DNA from: Candidatus Eiseniibacteriota bacterium
GTDB lineage: Bacteria > Eisenbacteria > RBG-16-71-46 > DASYSL01
Reading direction: 5' to 3'
NCBI GenBank assembly: GCA_046598045.1
Contig: JBKJJJ010000174.1
Location: 32,001 to 96,000, forward strand
DNA: 64,000 nucleotides
Numbering within the stretch: position 1 is the first letter of the stretch; the number at the start of each line of letters is the position of its first letter. Positions 38,246 to 48,890 of this stretch are shown piece by piece. The translations under genes and the position numbers were made by a program. A model generated the notes under the pieces. It was not told the origin of the DNA. It made no database searches and was given only the letters and a program-made list of their open reading frames with translations.

Positions 38246-38911
38246 TTATTTCTTGAACGCCATCGGCACGCTCACCCACGTGGCCACGGGCTGCCCGCTC
38301 GTGGCCGCGGGCTTGAAGCGCCACTGGCGCACCGCGTCCTGCGCGGCGCCGTTGAGCATCGGGATCGACTTGACCACGCGCGTCTCGCGCACGCGACCGT
38401 CGGCACCGACCAGCGCCTGCACCACGACCGTGCCCTCGAGACCGGCCTGGCGGGCGAGCTCGGGGAACGCGGCCTTCACGGTGTAGATCGGTTCCGCGGG
38501 ATCGTCGACCGCGACGAACGCGTTCGGGTCCGGAGCGTTGGCGATCCCACCCGACGTGATCGCGGGCCGCAGCGGCGCGCCGTCGGGCATGCCGAGCGAG
38601 TCGCCCAGGAGCGCGCCCGCATGTTGCATGCCGTACGCCTGCGTCTCGCGGTTCGCGCGCAACTCCGCGTTGATGCGTTGGGCCTCATCGATCTGGCGCT
38701 GGAGTTCGGCCTCGGTGAGCGGCGTCGGCGGGACCGGCGCATCGCTCCCGGGCAGGGAGGACAGCAGCTGGTCGGCGAAGCGCTGCGTGCCCCACGACGA
38801 TGCGAACACCACGGCGAGGCAGGCTCCGAGGAATGCCAGCCGCGGGCGCCGCTTCAAGGAGGAGAAGGCGTCGCTGGCAATCTCGGTGAGTCGTGCGCGA
38901 TTCAGGCCCAT
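38246..38911 (-). CDS. TonB family energy transducer (TonB_C)
   Basis: N-terminal TM helix; FPELARQAGLEG.V.V...VG.DG.V...AA.DAV.QWRFKPA...G.PV. Confidence 0.85.
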   Translation of the reverse strand: MGLNRARLTEIASDAFSSLKRRPRLAFLGACLAVVFASSWGTQRFADQLLSSLPGSDAPVPPTPLTEAELQRQIDEAQRINAELRANRETQAYGMQHAGALLGDSLGMPDGAPLRPAITSGGIANAPDPNAFVAVDDPAEPIYTVKAAFPELARQAGLEGTVVVQALVGADGRVRETRVVKSIPMLNGAAQDAVRQWRFKPAATSGQPVATWVSVPMAFKK

Positions 38912-38951
38912 GGGGCCCTCCGCGCCGGGCTGGCGGGTAGAGCGCTCGGGA

Positions 38952-40610
38952 CTAGCCGCGTCCGCTGACCGGCGCTTCGCTGCTGAAGAACACGTCGCGC
39001 AAGTACGGCAGCGGCGGCGTTCCGTGCGACAGCAGTGCGTCGTTGAACTCGCGCAGGTGGAAGGCGGCGCCCTTCGCGGCCTTCTGTTCCTCGCGCAGCT
39101 TGAGGATCTGCTGCCATCCGACGAAGTACGTCGAGAGCTGCACCGACGAGACCTGCGCGCGGCGGATCTTCTCCTCCGCCACCTTCTTCGTCTGGTAGCC
39201 CTCTTCGAGCAGCAGGCGCAGCGCCTCTTCCTCGGTCATGTTGCCGGCGTGCAGGCCGACGTCGATGATCGTGTTGAGCACGGCGCGCTGCCAGAACTTG
39301 AGCTGGCCCAGCTCATGACGTGGATCGTGATTCAGTCCCGCCTCGAGCATGAGCTGCTCCGAGTAGACCGCCCAGCCCTCGGCGAACGCGCCGTTCCAGA
39401 GCGCAGTCGGGACCAGGCGCCCGCCCTGGTTCGCGTGCCACAGCTGGAGGTAGTGACCGGGCAATGCCTCGTGCGCCGCGAGGATGCGCAACTGCCACAG
39501 GTTGTACTCCCTCAGGTAGTCGTCGGTCTGCTCGGCGGTCCACGAGTCCGGGACGGGCGTCACGTAGAAGAATGTCGGCAGGTGGGACTCGAGCACGCCC
39601 GGCGGGTCGCAAGACGCTCCCGGCACGCCGCGATTGAACTCGGGCGTGAGCTCGACCTTGAGGTCGACCTTCTCGGGCATGGTCACGAGGTCGTTCGCGC
39701 GCAGGAAGGCCTCGAGCTCGACGCAGTACTCCTTGCAGCGCGCCAGCAGGTCCTCGCGGCCGGGCTTGTCCTTCTCGAGCTGGGCGAGCGCGGCCTTCAC
39801 CGACGCCACGCCCATCTGCGAGGCGACCTCTTCCATGCGCTTCTTCTGCACGGCCAGGACGCTGTACGCCCACTCGGAGAGCTTCGTCGGCGTGAGGCCC
39901 GCGACCAGCGCGAGCTCGAGCTTCTCGGCGTACAGTTCCTCGCCGAGGCGCCAGTCGCCGCCCGGCTTGTGGCCGAGCGCCTTGAGGTGCTTCTCGAACG
40001 CGACCAGCGCGGTGGTCGCTTCGTCGACCGCCTTGCGCGCGCGCTCGGAGAGCGCCGGCGCCTGGGCGTCAACCTGCGCGAGGAACGTCTCCTCGAGGAA
40101 CTGCGACAGCCCGTCGACCTGCAACAGCCCGACCGCGACGTGGGGCTTGGGCACGCGCACCAGGTTGAGCGTCGCCTGCGTGAAGAACCCCTGGAACTGC
40201 TCGATGCGGCGGATCGCGTTCTCGTACCGCACCGCCGCCGCCGCGAACTCACGCTTGAGTAGCGTCGAGACGCCCTCGCCGGCCTGGCGAATGTAGAAAT
40301 TCGGGTCATACTGCCAGGGGCGCTCGTCCTCGAGCTCGAACAGGGCGGCGCGGGCGCCGTTGGTCAGGATCTTGAGGTCGAGCCGGTCCTCCGCGTCGAG
40401 TCCGTCCTCGGAGACGCCTTCGAGGCGCTCGAGCAAGGAGGTCAGGCCGCCGGCGGCCTTGCGACGACCGTCCTTATCGTAGGCCGGGAGCATATGATCC
40501 AGTCCGTGGTCCCCCATCGCGGTGGCGTAGACCGGGTCGGAGACGAAGAGGTGCTGAATCAGCTCTTTCGCCAGCGAGGCCAGCGCGGGGTTGGTGGGCA
40601 GTCCTTGCAT
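38952..40610 (-). CDS. DUF885 domain protein
   Basis: P..AT.MG.H..D, HEALPGHYLQ, AEGWAVYSE, DVGLH, QL.TY.VG, FND.LL..G.PP. Confidence 0.88.
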   Translation of the reverse strand: MQGLPTNPALASLAKELIQHLFVSDPVYATAMGDHGLDHMLPAYDKDGRRKAAGGLTSLLERLEGVSEDGLDAEDRLDLKILTNGARAALFELEDERPWQYDPNFYIRQAGEGVSTLLKREFAAAAVRYENAIRRIEQFQGFFTQATLNLVRVPKPHVAVGLLQVDGLSQFLEETFLAQVDAQAPALSERARKAVDEATTALVAFEKHLKALGHKPGGDWRLGEELYAEKLELALVAGLTPTKLSEWAYSVLAVQKKRMEEVASQMGVASVKAALAQLEKDKPGREDLLARCKEYCVELEAFLRANDLVTMPEKVDLKVELTPEFNRGVPGASCDPPGVLESHLPTFFYVTPVPDSWTAEQTDDYLREYNLWQLRILAAHEALPGHYLQLWHANQGGRLVPTALWNGAFAEGWAVYSEQLMLEAGLNHDPRHELGQLKFWQRAVLNTIIDVGLHAGNMTEEEALRLLLEEGYQTKKVAEEKIRRAQVSSVQLSTYFVGWQQILKLREEQKAAKGAAFHLREFNDALLSHGTPPLPYLRDVFFSSEAPVSGRG

Positions 40611-40783
40611 GGATATCCTCATCAGTCGGGGGCGGGGACGGCTGCCGGGGCGGGCGATCGCCCACCGGACCACCTTCACCGGAACGGCCGGATTATCCGG
40701 GGGGCCGCCGGGCGGGTCAAGGAAAGGCTGTCCGGTCGAGCGCATTCAAATGCGCACCAAATCTAGGTTTGAGGAGAAATGCC

Positions 40784-41107
40784 ATGACCGACGAGAAGTG
40801 GGAAGCGATGGTGGGCCAGATCCAGCGCAAGTTCAAGGTCACGGAGCACACCACGGGCGAGCCCGATCCGCGCGATCACGGCGTGCGCGAGCTGATCGTC
40901 TTCGACGGCCCCTCCGGCCCGATGAAGCTCGAGCGGGTGACGCGTCCCCTGGTCCTCGAGAAGAAACCGATCTACACGCACCGCTCCGGGGGCGGCGTGA
41001 ACTACGAATTCGTCTATCACCCCACCGAGAAGACCCACCGCGAGACGCTTTTCCGTTGGGAGAACAACGGATGGACGGAGATGGACCTGTCGTTTATGAC
41101 CCGCTAG
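40784..41107 (+). CDS. Conserved-looking hypothetical protein (107 aa)
   Basis: GAGGAG RBS; MTDEKWE...F.GPSGPMKLER..RP.VLEKK; host-like codon usage. Confidence 0.7.
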   Translation: MTDEKWEAMVGQIQRKFKVTEHTTGEPDPRDHGVRELIVFDGPSGPMKLERVTRPLVLEKKPIYTHRSGGGVNYEFVYHPTEKTHRETLFRWENNGWTEMDLSFMTR

Positions 41108-41134
41108 CGCCGACCGAAAGCCCGACGACCGCGC

Positions 41135-41238
41135 TGTGGATAAGGGTGCGCAACTCTGCGCAGCGGTGATTCTAGATCTCTGAAACCATTGTTATACAAT
41201 CAGTTGCACAAAGTCACCGCGGCCGTACGTTATCCACC
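41135..41238. promoter_or_regulatory. DnaA boxes in an AT-richer intergenic region (candidate oriC element)
   Basis: TGTGGATAA at 41135-41143 (exact TTATCCACA on the minus strand) and TTATCCACC at 41230-41238. Confidence 0.55.
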
Positions 41239-41250
41239 GTCGCGCTTGGC

Positions 41251-41829
41251 TTAAGCGGAACGTGGAGTCCCGCCGCGACTTGCCCCGCCAACCCCAGCCG
41301 AAGCTCCGCCCGAGCCCGCCATGCCTCCCGGCTCATTGTTGGGGTTCTCGTCCAGCATGGTGCAGCGCCCTGAGAAGCGGACCCCTTCATCGATCACGAT
41401 CGCGTGCGAGGTCAGGTCCCCGCGCACGCGGGCACCCCGGAGGAGGTCAATCCGCTCCTCGGCCTGGATTCCGCCGTCGAAGACCCCCCCGACAATCGCC
41501 TCGCGCACATGCACATCCGCTCGGACGTGTCCGTACGGTCCCACGATGATGCGGTCACAGTTGAGGATGTCCCCTTCGAAATCGCCGTCCACCAGCAGCG
41601 TGCCCTCGATCATCAGGGTCCCGCGGAAGCTCGACCCCACCCCGATGTGGCAGTTGGTGACGATGTCATCGTCGTCGCTCGCGTCCTCCCGGCCCCGCGC
41701 GAACGGATTCTTCAGACCGCCGCGCGACTCCGAGGAATCCATCTCCGTGGGATCGAGGCCGAGCGCCTTCGCTGCGACGCGTTGAGCGAGGGACCTCCCC
41801 CGCGCCGGGTTCTTCGTGTCGTTGGTCAT
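41251..41829 (-). CDS. Bactofilin (polymer-forming cytoskeletal protein)
   Basis: IG.GS.F.GTL...G.L.VDG.FEG, V.ADV...EA.VGG..DG.I.A, I.EG..F.G.C.M; TGATG overlap with parB. Confidence 0.88.
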   Translation of the reverse strand: MTNDTKNPARGRSLAQRVAAKALGLDPTEMDSSESRGGLKNPFARGREDASDDDDIVTNCHIGVGSSFRGTLMIEGTLLVDGDFEGDILNCDRIIVGPYGHVRADVHVREAIVGGVFDGGIQAEERIDLLRGARVRGDLTSHAIVIDEGVRFSGRCTMLDENPNNEPGGMAGSGGASAGVGGASRGGTPRSA

Positions 41830-42800
41830 CAGAGGACTCCCAGGTTCTCGAGCAGGCGCTCGAGATCGGTCTCGTTGTAGTACTCGATCTCGATCTGTCC
41901 GCGATCCGTGCTCCCCACGGGCACGATACGGACCTGGGTCGCGAGTTTCCGACGGAGTTCGTTTGTCCACTCCGCGTAAGTGCTAGAAACCGCATCCACA
42001 GCGGCTTGTGACGCGCCGTCGCCGCCGCGGCTCCTGCGCGAGGAGATCTTGCGACGCATCTTGCGCGCGACCAGCGCCTCGGTTTTGCGAACGCTGAGAC
42101 CCATGTCCGACACGTAGCGCGCGCTGGCTTCGATCTCGGCGCCGGAAGGCAAGCCGAGAAGTGCGCGGCCATGGCCCGCGGTCAATGTTCCACGTGAAAC
42201 CATCGACTGTACCGACGCGGGAAGCGTGAGCAAGCGCAGCGCATTCGTGATCGAAGTGCGGTTCTTTCCCACGCGCTCACTCAGGCGCTCGTGCGTGTAC
42301 TTCAACTCCTCGATCATGCGCTGATAACCGAGGGCCTCTTCGATCGCGTTGAGATCCTCGCGCTGGAGGTTCTCGATGAGCGCGATTTCAAGGATCTCGT
42401 CGTCGCTCACCTGGCGCACGATCGCCGGAATGGTCCCCAGTCCGATGCGTTGCGACGCGCGGAAGCGGCGCTCCCCCGCGATCAGTTGAAAATGGTCGCC
42501 GGCAGGACGAACCAGCACCGGTTGGAGCACGCCCTGGGCGCGAATCGACTCCCCCAACTCGGCTAGCGCATCCTCGGTGAACTCGATTCGAGGCTGCTTC
42601 GGGTTGGGAACGATACGATCCAGCGGGATTTCCTGCACTCGCTCGCGAGTGTCCTCGGAGGCGGCGTAGCCCTGGGAAGGTCCCCCGGTTTCGGGTAGGT
42701 CGGTCGCCACGGCTCCGCTGGGAGCCTCCGTTTCGTCGCCCGGACCCGGCGCGCCAGGAATCAGCGCGCCCAGGCCACGGCCGAGAGCCTTTCTAGTCAT
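41829..42800 (-). CDS. parB: Chromosome partitioning protein ParB
   Basis: RKALGRGLGALI, NPKQPR, GVLQP.LVR, LIAGERR.RA, ALIENLQREDLN, HTH. Confidence 0.96.
   Translation of the reverse strand: MTRKALGRGLGALIPGAPGPGDETEAPSGAVATDLPETGGPSQGYAASEDTRERVQEIPLDRIVPNPKQPRIEFTEDALAELGESIRAQGVLQPVLVRPAGDHFQLIAGERRFRASQRIGLGTIPAIVRQVSDDEILEIALIENLQREDLNAIEEALGYQRMIEELKYTHERLSERVGKNRTSITNALRLLTLPASVQSMVSRGTLTAGHGRALLGLPSGAEIEASARYVSDMGLSVRKTEALVARKMRRKISSRRSRGGDGASQAAVDAVSSTYAEWTNELRRKLATQVRIVPVGSTDRGQIEIEYYNETDLERLLENLGVL
42186..42201. promoter_or_regulatory. parS site (inside parB)
   Basis: TGTTCCACGTGAAACC, near consensus TGTTNCACGTGAAACA. Confidence 0.8.
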
Positions 42801-43554
42801 GGTGAATGACCTCCTGCGCCAGAGCGCGGTAACTCTCTGCCCCTGAGGATGTTCCATCGTAATGGATGATCGGTTTTCCGAAGCTGGGAGCCTCGCTGAG
42901 GCGCACGTTTCGCGGGATGACCGTGGTATAGACCCGGTCCGAGAAGAACTTTCGAGCCTCGTCCGCGACCTGCTGCGAAAGATTGAGCCGCGAGTCGAAC
43001 ATCGTCAGCAGCACCCCCTCGATGCGGAGCCCCGGGTTCAAATTCTCCTGCACGAGCTGGATCGTGCGCACGAGCTGGGTCAGGCCCTCGAGCGCATAGT
43101 ACTCGCACTGCAGGGGAATCAGGACCGAGTCGGCGGCGGTCAAGGTGTTGACCGTCAACAGGCCGAGCGAGGGCGGGCAATCGACGAAGATGTAGTCGTA
43201 GACATCGCGAATCGGCTGTAGCGCATGGCGAAAGCGGGTCTCGCGGGCCATCACGCCGACCAGTTCGACTTCGGCGCCGCTGAGTTTCTGTCCCGAAGGC
43301 AGGACATCCAGGTTGGGCAGGACCTCGCGCTGGATCGCCTCTTCGATCGGTAGGCTGTTGACGAGGACTTCGTAGAGCGTGGGGCGGGACTCGTCGACAC
43401 TGACGCCCAGGCCGCTGGCCGCGTTGCCCTGGGGATCGATGTCGACCAGCAGGATCCGCTTGCCATCTTCAGCGGCACAAGCGCTTAGGTTGATTGCGGT
43501 TGTCGTCTTTCCAACGCCACCTTTTTGGCTGGCGACGGCGATCACTTTACCCAT
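42793..43554 (-). CDS. parA: Chromosome partitioning ATPase ParA/Soj
   Basis: QKGGVGKTT, D.DPQGNA, DCPPSLG, QCEYYALEG, IPRNVRLSEAPSFG. Confidence 0.97.
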   Translation of the reverse strand: MGKVIAVASQKGGVGKTTTAINLSACAAEDGKRILLVDIDPQGNAASGLGVSVDESRPTLYEVLVNSLPIEEAIQREVLPNLDVLPSGQKLSGAEVELVGVMARETRFRHALQPIRDVYDYIFVDCPPSLGLLTVNTLTAADSVLIPLQCEYYALEGLTQLVRTIQLVQENLNPGLRIEGVLLTMFDSRLNLSQQVADEARKFFSDRVYTTVIPRNVRLSEAPSFGKPIIHYDGTSSGAESYRALAQEVIHHD

Positions 43555-43708
43555 CGACCTTGAACGTCCTTGCGGGGGCCAGGGTTGTGTTTCAACGGGC
43601 GTACGAGCGCGCTCAAGGTACTCGGGCGTTCGGGCTCGGTCAATGTGCTTCTGAAAACGTGCTGGATTGCAGCCATTTACGCGGCACTACGAGAATGTTC
43701 CGCAGGGC

Positions 43709-43724
43709 TGTTCCACGTGAAACA
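43709..43724. promoter_or_regulatory. parS site
   Basis: TGTTCCACGTGAAACA. Confidence 0.9.
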
Positions 43725-43774
43725 TCCCGACCCACGGCGCCACGGCTCTTCGCCAGGAGATCAAAGAGGCTCGA

Positions 43775-43790
43775 TGTTCCACGTGGAACA
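43775..43790. promoter_or_regulatory. parS site
   Basis: Perfect palindrome TGTTCCACGTGGAACA. Confidence 0.9.
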
Positions 43791-43832
43791 TCGGGCCCCG
43801 AATCTCTCCTCGGACGGGTGTTCTTGAGCGGT

Positions 43833-44561
43833 CTACGCCTCCAGGCGCTGAAACACCACGTAGTGAAGATGGCGGTCCGGGACGGGCACGGTTTCCAGGT
43901 GCGTCCAGCTCTTGTCTCCGCTCTTGGACCAATCCAGCAGCTCCACGGGGTGCGAGCTCCCCTTGAACAACACGGCGTAGCCTCCGGGGCGAATGATCGG
44001 CGTCAGCCAGGGCAAAAGTTCGCCGATCAGGGCGACGGCACGGGCTGTCGCTGCGTCGAAGGGCCCGGCGCCATCGGCCGCGAGGCGCTCGGCGCGGCCG
44101 ACGATGACCGTGGTGTTGGGGAGATCGAGGCCCTCGACAATGCGCTTGAGGAACAATCCCTTTCGGCGGCGCGATTCCACCACGGTCACCGCGAGCTCGG
44201 GGCGGGCGATTTGGATCGGGAGCGCGGGAAAGCCGGCGCCGCTGCCGACGTCCACGACGCTCTTCGGAGCAAGGCGGTCGAGCAGGGGAAGCACGGCCAG
44301 GGACTCCGCGACATGTCGACTGGCAAGGCGCCCCAGATCGTTCTGCGCCACCAGATTGCTGTCCTGAGTCCAGTGGAGCAAGTCTTCGAGATAGGCTTCG
44401 AGACAGGCCAGCATGGGGCCTGCAGCCTCCGGGGTCAGGGCATACTCGGACGCCAGTTTTCGAAGAACGGAGCGCTCTCCGGACGAGAGCTGCCGGACGC
44501 TCTCCGCACTGGCGGCGCGTCCGGAGTCATCATTGCGAGGCTTGGCGGGAGAGGATCTCAT
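43833..44561 (-). CDS. rsmG: 16S rRNA m7G527 methyltransferase
   Basis: RHVAESL, DVGSGAGFP, VES..RK..FL, GRAE, ARAVA; lies between mnmG and parA; start uncertain. Confidence 0.92.
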   Translation of the reverse strand: MRSSPAKPRNDDSGRAASAESVRQLSSGERSVLRKLASEYALTPEAAGPMLACLEAYLEDLLHWTQDSNLVAQNDLGRLASRHVAESLAVLPLLDRLAPKSVVDVGSGAGFPALPIQIARPELAVTVVESRRRKGLFLKRIVEGLDLPNTTVIVGRAERLAADGAGPFDAATARAVALIGELLPWLTPIIRPGGYAVLFKGSSHPVELLDWSKSGDKSWTHLETVPVPDRHLHYVVFQRLEA

Positions 44562-44608
44562 GTCCGCAGATTAACCCGGCGACGGCCCGCCGTGCTTCCT
44601 AAAGATAC

Positions 44609-46549
44609 CTACGAAGGCGAAGCGCTCAGCGATGCCAACCCGGCCTTGAGTTGGACCAGGAGGACCGCCACGTCCGCGGGAGAGACGCCCGGGATCCGGC
44701 CCGCCTGCCCCACTGTGAGCGGGCGCACCTCGAGCAGCTTCTCGCGGGCCTCACGCGAGAGACCGCGCAATTCCCTGTCCCAGAGAGCACTGGGAATGGG
44801 TGTCGATTCCATGCCGGCGAGCCGGGCTACGAGGCGCTCCTGGCGCTCCAGGTAGCCGGCATAACGGGTCCGGACCTCGAGCATCTCGCCCTCGAGCGGA
44901 CCGAGTTCTGCGAGGCCGTGTTCGCGCAGAAGTTCGTAGGAGCCTCCCGCGTGGGTCAGCAGGTCTCCGAGCGCATGCATGCCCGCTGGGAGGTCGGTGC
45001 CCGAGCCGATCCGGGTGGCGAGCGCCGCGCGGTGATCCGTCGGGATGCGCGTCGCGGCCAGGCGACGAGCCTCGACCCCAATTCGATCAACCTTGGCAAT
45101 CACTTGCTGTAGTTTGGTTTGTGAGATCAGACCAAAGCGTGCTCCATAAGCCGAGAGCCGTTCGTCGGCGTTGTCGTAACGCAGCAGAAGCCGGTACTCG
45201 GCCTGCGAGGTGAAGAGCCGATACGGCTCCTCGGTGCCCCGCGTCACGAGGTCATCGACCATGACCGCGAGGTACGCCTCGTCGCGCCGCGGAAGGAACG
45301 CCGGCTCGCCGCGCACGGCGAGCGCGGCATTGATACCCGCCACGAGGCCCTGGGCGGCGGCCTCCTCGTAGCCCGAGGTGCCGTTGATCTGGCCGGCGAG
45401 ATGGAGCCCCTCGACGGTGCGCACCTCGAGGCCGGAGCTGAGCTGGGTCGGGATCACGAAGTCGTACTCGACGGCATAGCCGGGTCGGAGCATGACCGCA
45501 TCTTCGAGGCCGGGCACGGTCGCGATTGCGGCCCGCTGCGCCTCCTCGGGCAGGCTGGTCGAGAAGCCGTTGACGTAGATCTCCTCGGCGGCCAGGCCCT
45601 CGGGCTCGAGGTGGAGCAGGTGCTGCGGCTTGTCCGCGAAGCGTACGACCTTGTCCTCGACCGAGGGACAGTAGCGCGGGCCGATGCCCTTGATCTGCCC
45701 GCTGTACATCGGCGACAGGTGCAGGTTGTCGCGGATGAAACGGTGCGTCGCCTCGGTGGTGTGCGTGAGGTGGCAGACCGCGCGGTTCGCGACCGGCGTA
45801 TCGCCCCAGTGCGAAAACGGCAGCGGCGGATCATCGCCGCGCTGCACGGTGAGCGAGTCCCAAGCGATCGAGTCACGATGGAGCCGCGGCGGCGTCCCGG
45901 TCTTGAGCCGGCCGAGGCGAAGCCCCGCGCGCAACAATGCGGGCGACAGCCCGGCGCTTGCGCGTTCCCCGCGACGACCACCGGTGACCTGGCGCGTGCC
46001 GCAATGCATCACGCCGTTCATGAATGTGCCCGGGGTGACCACCACGCGCGGCGCCGCAAGCGTGCGCCCGTCCTCGAGCACGACGCCGCGCATCACGCCG
46101 CGGCGTTCGAGCACGCCGGTGGACGAGAAGCGCGGCTCGTCGAACACGAGATCCTCGACCATCGCTTCGATCAGCGCGAGGCGCGACTCGGCGCGCAGCT
46201 CGGCGGCCATCGCGGCCGGGTAGAGGTCGCGATCCGCCTGCGCGCGCGGCGACCACACCGCGGGACCGCGTCCCTTGTTGAGCATGCGGAACTGGATGCC
46301 CGCGCGATCGATCACGCGGCCCATCACGCCGCCGAGGGCATCGATCTCGCGCACGAGGTGTCCCTTCGCGAGTCCGCCGACAGCCGGGTTGCATGACAGG
46401 CGCGCGGTGGCGTCGACCGACGCGGTGACCAGCGCGGCGGACAGGCCCATGCGCGCGGCGGCAAGTGCCGCCTCACAACCGGCGTGGCCGCCGCCCACCA
46501 CGATCACGTCGTAACTCGCGCGTTCGAAGATCACGGACGCCACGCTCAC
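44609..46549 (-). CDS. mnmG: tRNA uridine-5-carboxymethylaminomethyl modification enzyme
   Basis: [58 protein letters not shown]. Confidence 0.97.
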   Translation of the reverse strand: MSVASVIFERASYDVIVVGGGHAGCEAALAAARMGLSAALVTASVDATARLSCNPAVGGLAKGHLVREIDALGGVMGRVIDRAGIQFRMLNKGRGPAVWSPRAQADRDLYPAAMAAELRAESRLALIEAMVEDLVFDEPRFSSTGVLERRGVMRGVVLEDGRTLAAPRVVVTPGTFMNGVMHCGTRQVTGGRRGERASAGLSPALLRAGLRLGRLKTGTPPRLHRDSIAWDSLTVQRGDDPPLPFSHWGDTPVANRAVCHLTHTTEATHRFIRDNLHLSPMYSGQIKGIGPRYCPSVEDKVVRFADKPQHLLHLEPEGLAAEEIYVNGFSTSLPEEAQRAAIATVPGLEDAVMLRPGYAVEYDFVIPTQLSSGLEVRTVEGLHLAGQINGTSGYEEAAAQGLVAGINAALAVRGEPAFLPRRDEAYLAVMVDDLVTRGTEEPYRLFTSQAEYRLLLRYDNADERLSAYGARFGLISQTKLQQVIAKVDRIGVEARRLAATRIPTDHRAALATRIGSGTDLPAGMHALGDLLTHAGGSYELLREHGLAELGPLEGEMLEVRTRYAGYLERQERLVARLAGMESTPIPSALWDRELRGLSREAREKLLEVRPLTVGQAGRIPGVSPADVAVLLVQLKAGLASLSASPS

Positions 46550-47922
46550 TTTCCGATGCAGAAGCGCGCGAAGATGCGCGCCAGGAGGTCGGGTGCAACG
46601 GCCTCGCCGGTGACTTCGCCGAGTGCCGCGAGCGCGACGCGGATCTCGCCCGCGACGATCTCCCCGGGCGCCGCGGCGGCTGCATCGCGCGCCTCGTCGA
46701 TCGCCAGCTGCGCACGCCGCAACGCGTCGATGTGGCGCGCGTTGGTGACGAGCGCGGAGGCGGGATCTTCGCTGCTGCCCGAGACCAGCGCGGCGGCAAG
46801 CGCACGCCGCAGCGTCGCGACGCCCTCCCCGCTGTGGGCGGACACCTCGATGCAAGCGGCGGTGGCGAGCGCGGTCGGCGCGGCGAGCGCGCGCGGCAGG
46901 TCGCTCTTGTTGAACGCGATCACGCAGGGTCGATCGGAGGCGAGCGCCCAGGCCTCCGCGTCCGCGGCGGTCCACGGCGCGGACGCGTCGAGCACGAGCA
47001 GCGCCAGGTCCGCGGCGCGGAGCTCCTCGCGCGTGCGCGCGATGCCGAGGCGCTCGACCACCTGGTCGCCCTCCGCCTCGCGCAGGCCCGCCGTGTCGAT
47101 CAGGCGCACCGGGATGCCTCCGAGGTCGAGACGTTCGCTCACCGCGTCGCGCGTGGTGCCCGCGATCTCCGCGACCAGCGCGCGCGATTCTCCCAGGAGC
47201 GCGTTGAAGAGCGAAGACTTGCCGACGTTCGGCCGCCCGACGAGCGCGAGTCGCGCGCCTTCGCGGGCGCGGCGGCCGAGGTCGGCGCCGCGCAGCACGT
47301 CCTCGAGCGCATCCGAAGCGCGAGCGAGACCCTCGGCGACGTGGGGCGGCAACGTGGCCTCGCCCACGTCCTCGGCGAAGTCGACGCGCGCCTCGACCTC
47401 GGCAAGCAGGTCGCGCAACGGCTCGGCCACGTTCGACAATCCGCTCGAGAGTGCGCCCGCGACCTGGCGCGCGGCGAGGCGATGCGCGAGTTCGCTCTCG
47501 GCGTGGATCACGTCGGCGACCGCCTCGGCGCGCGCGAGGTCCATGCGGCCGTTGAGGAACGCGCGCTCGGTGAATTCGCCGGCCCGCGCCGCGCGCGCGC
47601 CCGCCGCGAGCAGCGCCGCGAGCAGGCGCGGCGCGGACCAGTCGCCGCCGTGGCACGTGAACTCGACCATGGTCTCGCCGGTGTAGGACGCGGGCGCGGG
47701 GAGGACCACCGCGAGCAACTCGTCGATCATCTCGCCGGACGCGTCGTGGGCGGAGCCGTGGCGCAGCGCACGCGGCGGGGCGTCGGCGAGCGGGCTCGCG
47801 CCCGGACCCCAGCCGCGGAACACGCGATCGCCGATCGCGCCCGCGTCGGCTCCGGAGAGCCGGACGATCGCGAGCGCGGAGCGCCCCGGGGGCGTGGAGA
47901 TGGCGGCGATGGTGTCGGTCAT
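46546..47922 (-). CDS. mnmE: tRNA modification GTPase
   Basis: [45 protein letters not shown]-terminal FCIGK. Confidence 0.96.
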   Translation of the reverse strand: MTDTIAAISTPPGRSALAIVRLSGADAGAIGDRVFRGWGPGASPLADAPPRALRHGSAHDASGEMIDELLAVVLPAPASYTGETMVEFTCHGGDWSAPRLLAALLAAGARAARAGEFTERAFLNGRMDLARAEAVADVIHAESELAHRLAARQVAGALSSGLSNVAEPLRDLLAEVEARVDFAEDVGEATLPPHVAEGLARASDALEDVLRGADLGRRAREGARLALVGRPNVGKSSLFNALLGESRALVAEIAGTTRDAVSERLDLGGIPVRLIDTAGLREAEGDQVVERLGIARTREELRAADLALLVLDASAPWTAADAEAWALASDRPCVIAFNKSDLPRALAAPTALATAACIEVSAHSGEGVATLRRALAAALVSGSSEDPASALVTNARHIDALRRAQLAIDEARDAAAAAPGEIVAGEIRVALAALGEVTGEAVAPDLLARIFARFCIGK

Positions 47923-47966
47923 GGGAGCGCCGGGCGGCGCTCCCGCGACGACCGGCTTGCCTCGGA

Positions 47967-48869
47967 TCAGCCCTTGATCGCCGGGCGGATGGCGATGCGT
48001 TTGAGCACGCCGTCGCCGTACGACTCGGTGGTCACGCTGCCGTCGGCCGTGAGCGCGCGATGGATGACGCGGCGCTCCTCGGGCGAGAGCGGCTCGGTCA
48101 GGGCCTCGTCGCCACTGGCGATCGCCTCGGCGGCGAGCGCACGCGCGCGACCGAGCAGCGATTCCTTGCGCTCGGCCCAGTAGCCGTTGACGTCGACCAG
48201 CAGGTGGGCCCCCGGTCCGCGGCGCGGGTTCACGAGGCGCGACAGCACGTGCTGGATCGAGAGCCGGGTCTCGCCCCGGCGCCCGGTGAGCAGCGCGTCG
48301 TCGGTCTCGCTGGTGAGGCTGACGGTGACCTCGTCGTCCTCGTGCGCCACCGCAACCTTCGCCTCGAAGCCGAGGCGCTCGAGCAGCCACTCGGCGTCGG
48401 TGCGCACCTTCGCGAGGAAGGCGTCGTCGACGTCGAAGCGCTCGCCCGGCTCGAGCGGCGTGCGCGGGCGGCGCGGACGCTCGGGCCGATCACCCCGCGA
48501 CGGGCGCTCGCGGCGCTCCCCGCGCTCGGGACGTCCGCCGCGCACGCCACGATCTCCACGGGCGCCGCGATCCTCGGCGGCGCTGCGGTCGATGCGATCC
48601 TGGCGCGCGGGACCGTGGTCGATCTCTTCGTCCTCGGAGTAGGCGTTGCGCTCCGCCTTCGGGGCCGGCGGCGGCGGTGGTGGTGGGGCGAACTCGGGGC
48701 GCCACGTCGCGCGCACGCGGAACAGGCGGGCCACGCCGCCCATGAGCCCGGCCGGACCACCTTCCTCGAGCTTCTTGAGGGTGGCCTGGTCGGGCCGGGC
48801 GCCCAGCGTGTTGAGGGCGTCCAGCACGGCTTCCTCGAGCGTGTTACCCGAACCGACGGCGCTATTCAC
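47967..48869 (-). CDS. jag: Jag/EloR/KhpB RNA-binding protein
   Basis: Jag_N (G.TLEEAV..AL..L), KH (L.GRRGET), R3H (ERR.IH..L); lies after yidC. Confidence 0.9.
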   Translation of the reverse strand: MNSAVGSGNTLEEAVLDALNTLGARPDQATLKKLEEGGPAGLMGGVARLFRVRATWRPEFAPPPPPPPAPKAERNAYSEDEEIDHGPARQDRIDRSAAEDRGARGDRGVRGGRPERGERRERPSRGDRPERPRRPRTPLEPGERFDVDDAFLAKVRTDAEWLLERLGFEAKVAVAHEDDEVTVSLTSETDDALLTGRRGETRLSIQHVLSRLVNPRRGPGAHLLVDVNGYWAERKESLLGRARALAAEAIASGDEALTEPLSPEERRVIHRALTADGSVTTESYGDGVLKRIAIRPAIKG

Positions 48870-48890
48870 GATCCCCTCCGAGCGTCATGC

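Noticed and set aside
48450..48700. Low-complexity [13 protein letters not shown] stretch as a repeat element
   Set aside because: It is the ordinary disordered linker of Jag/EloR between Jag_N and KH
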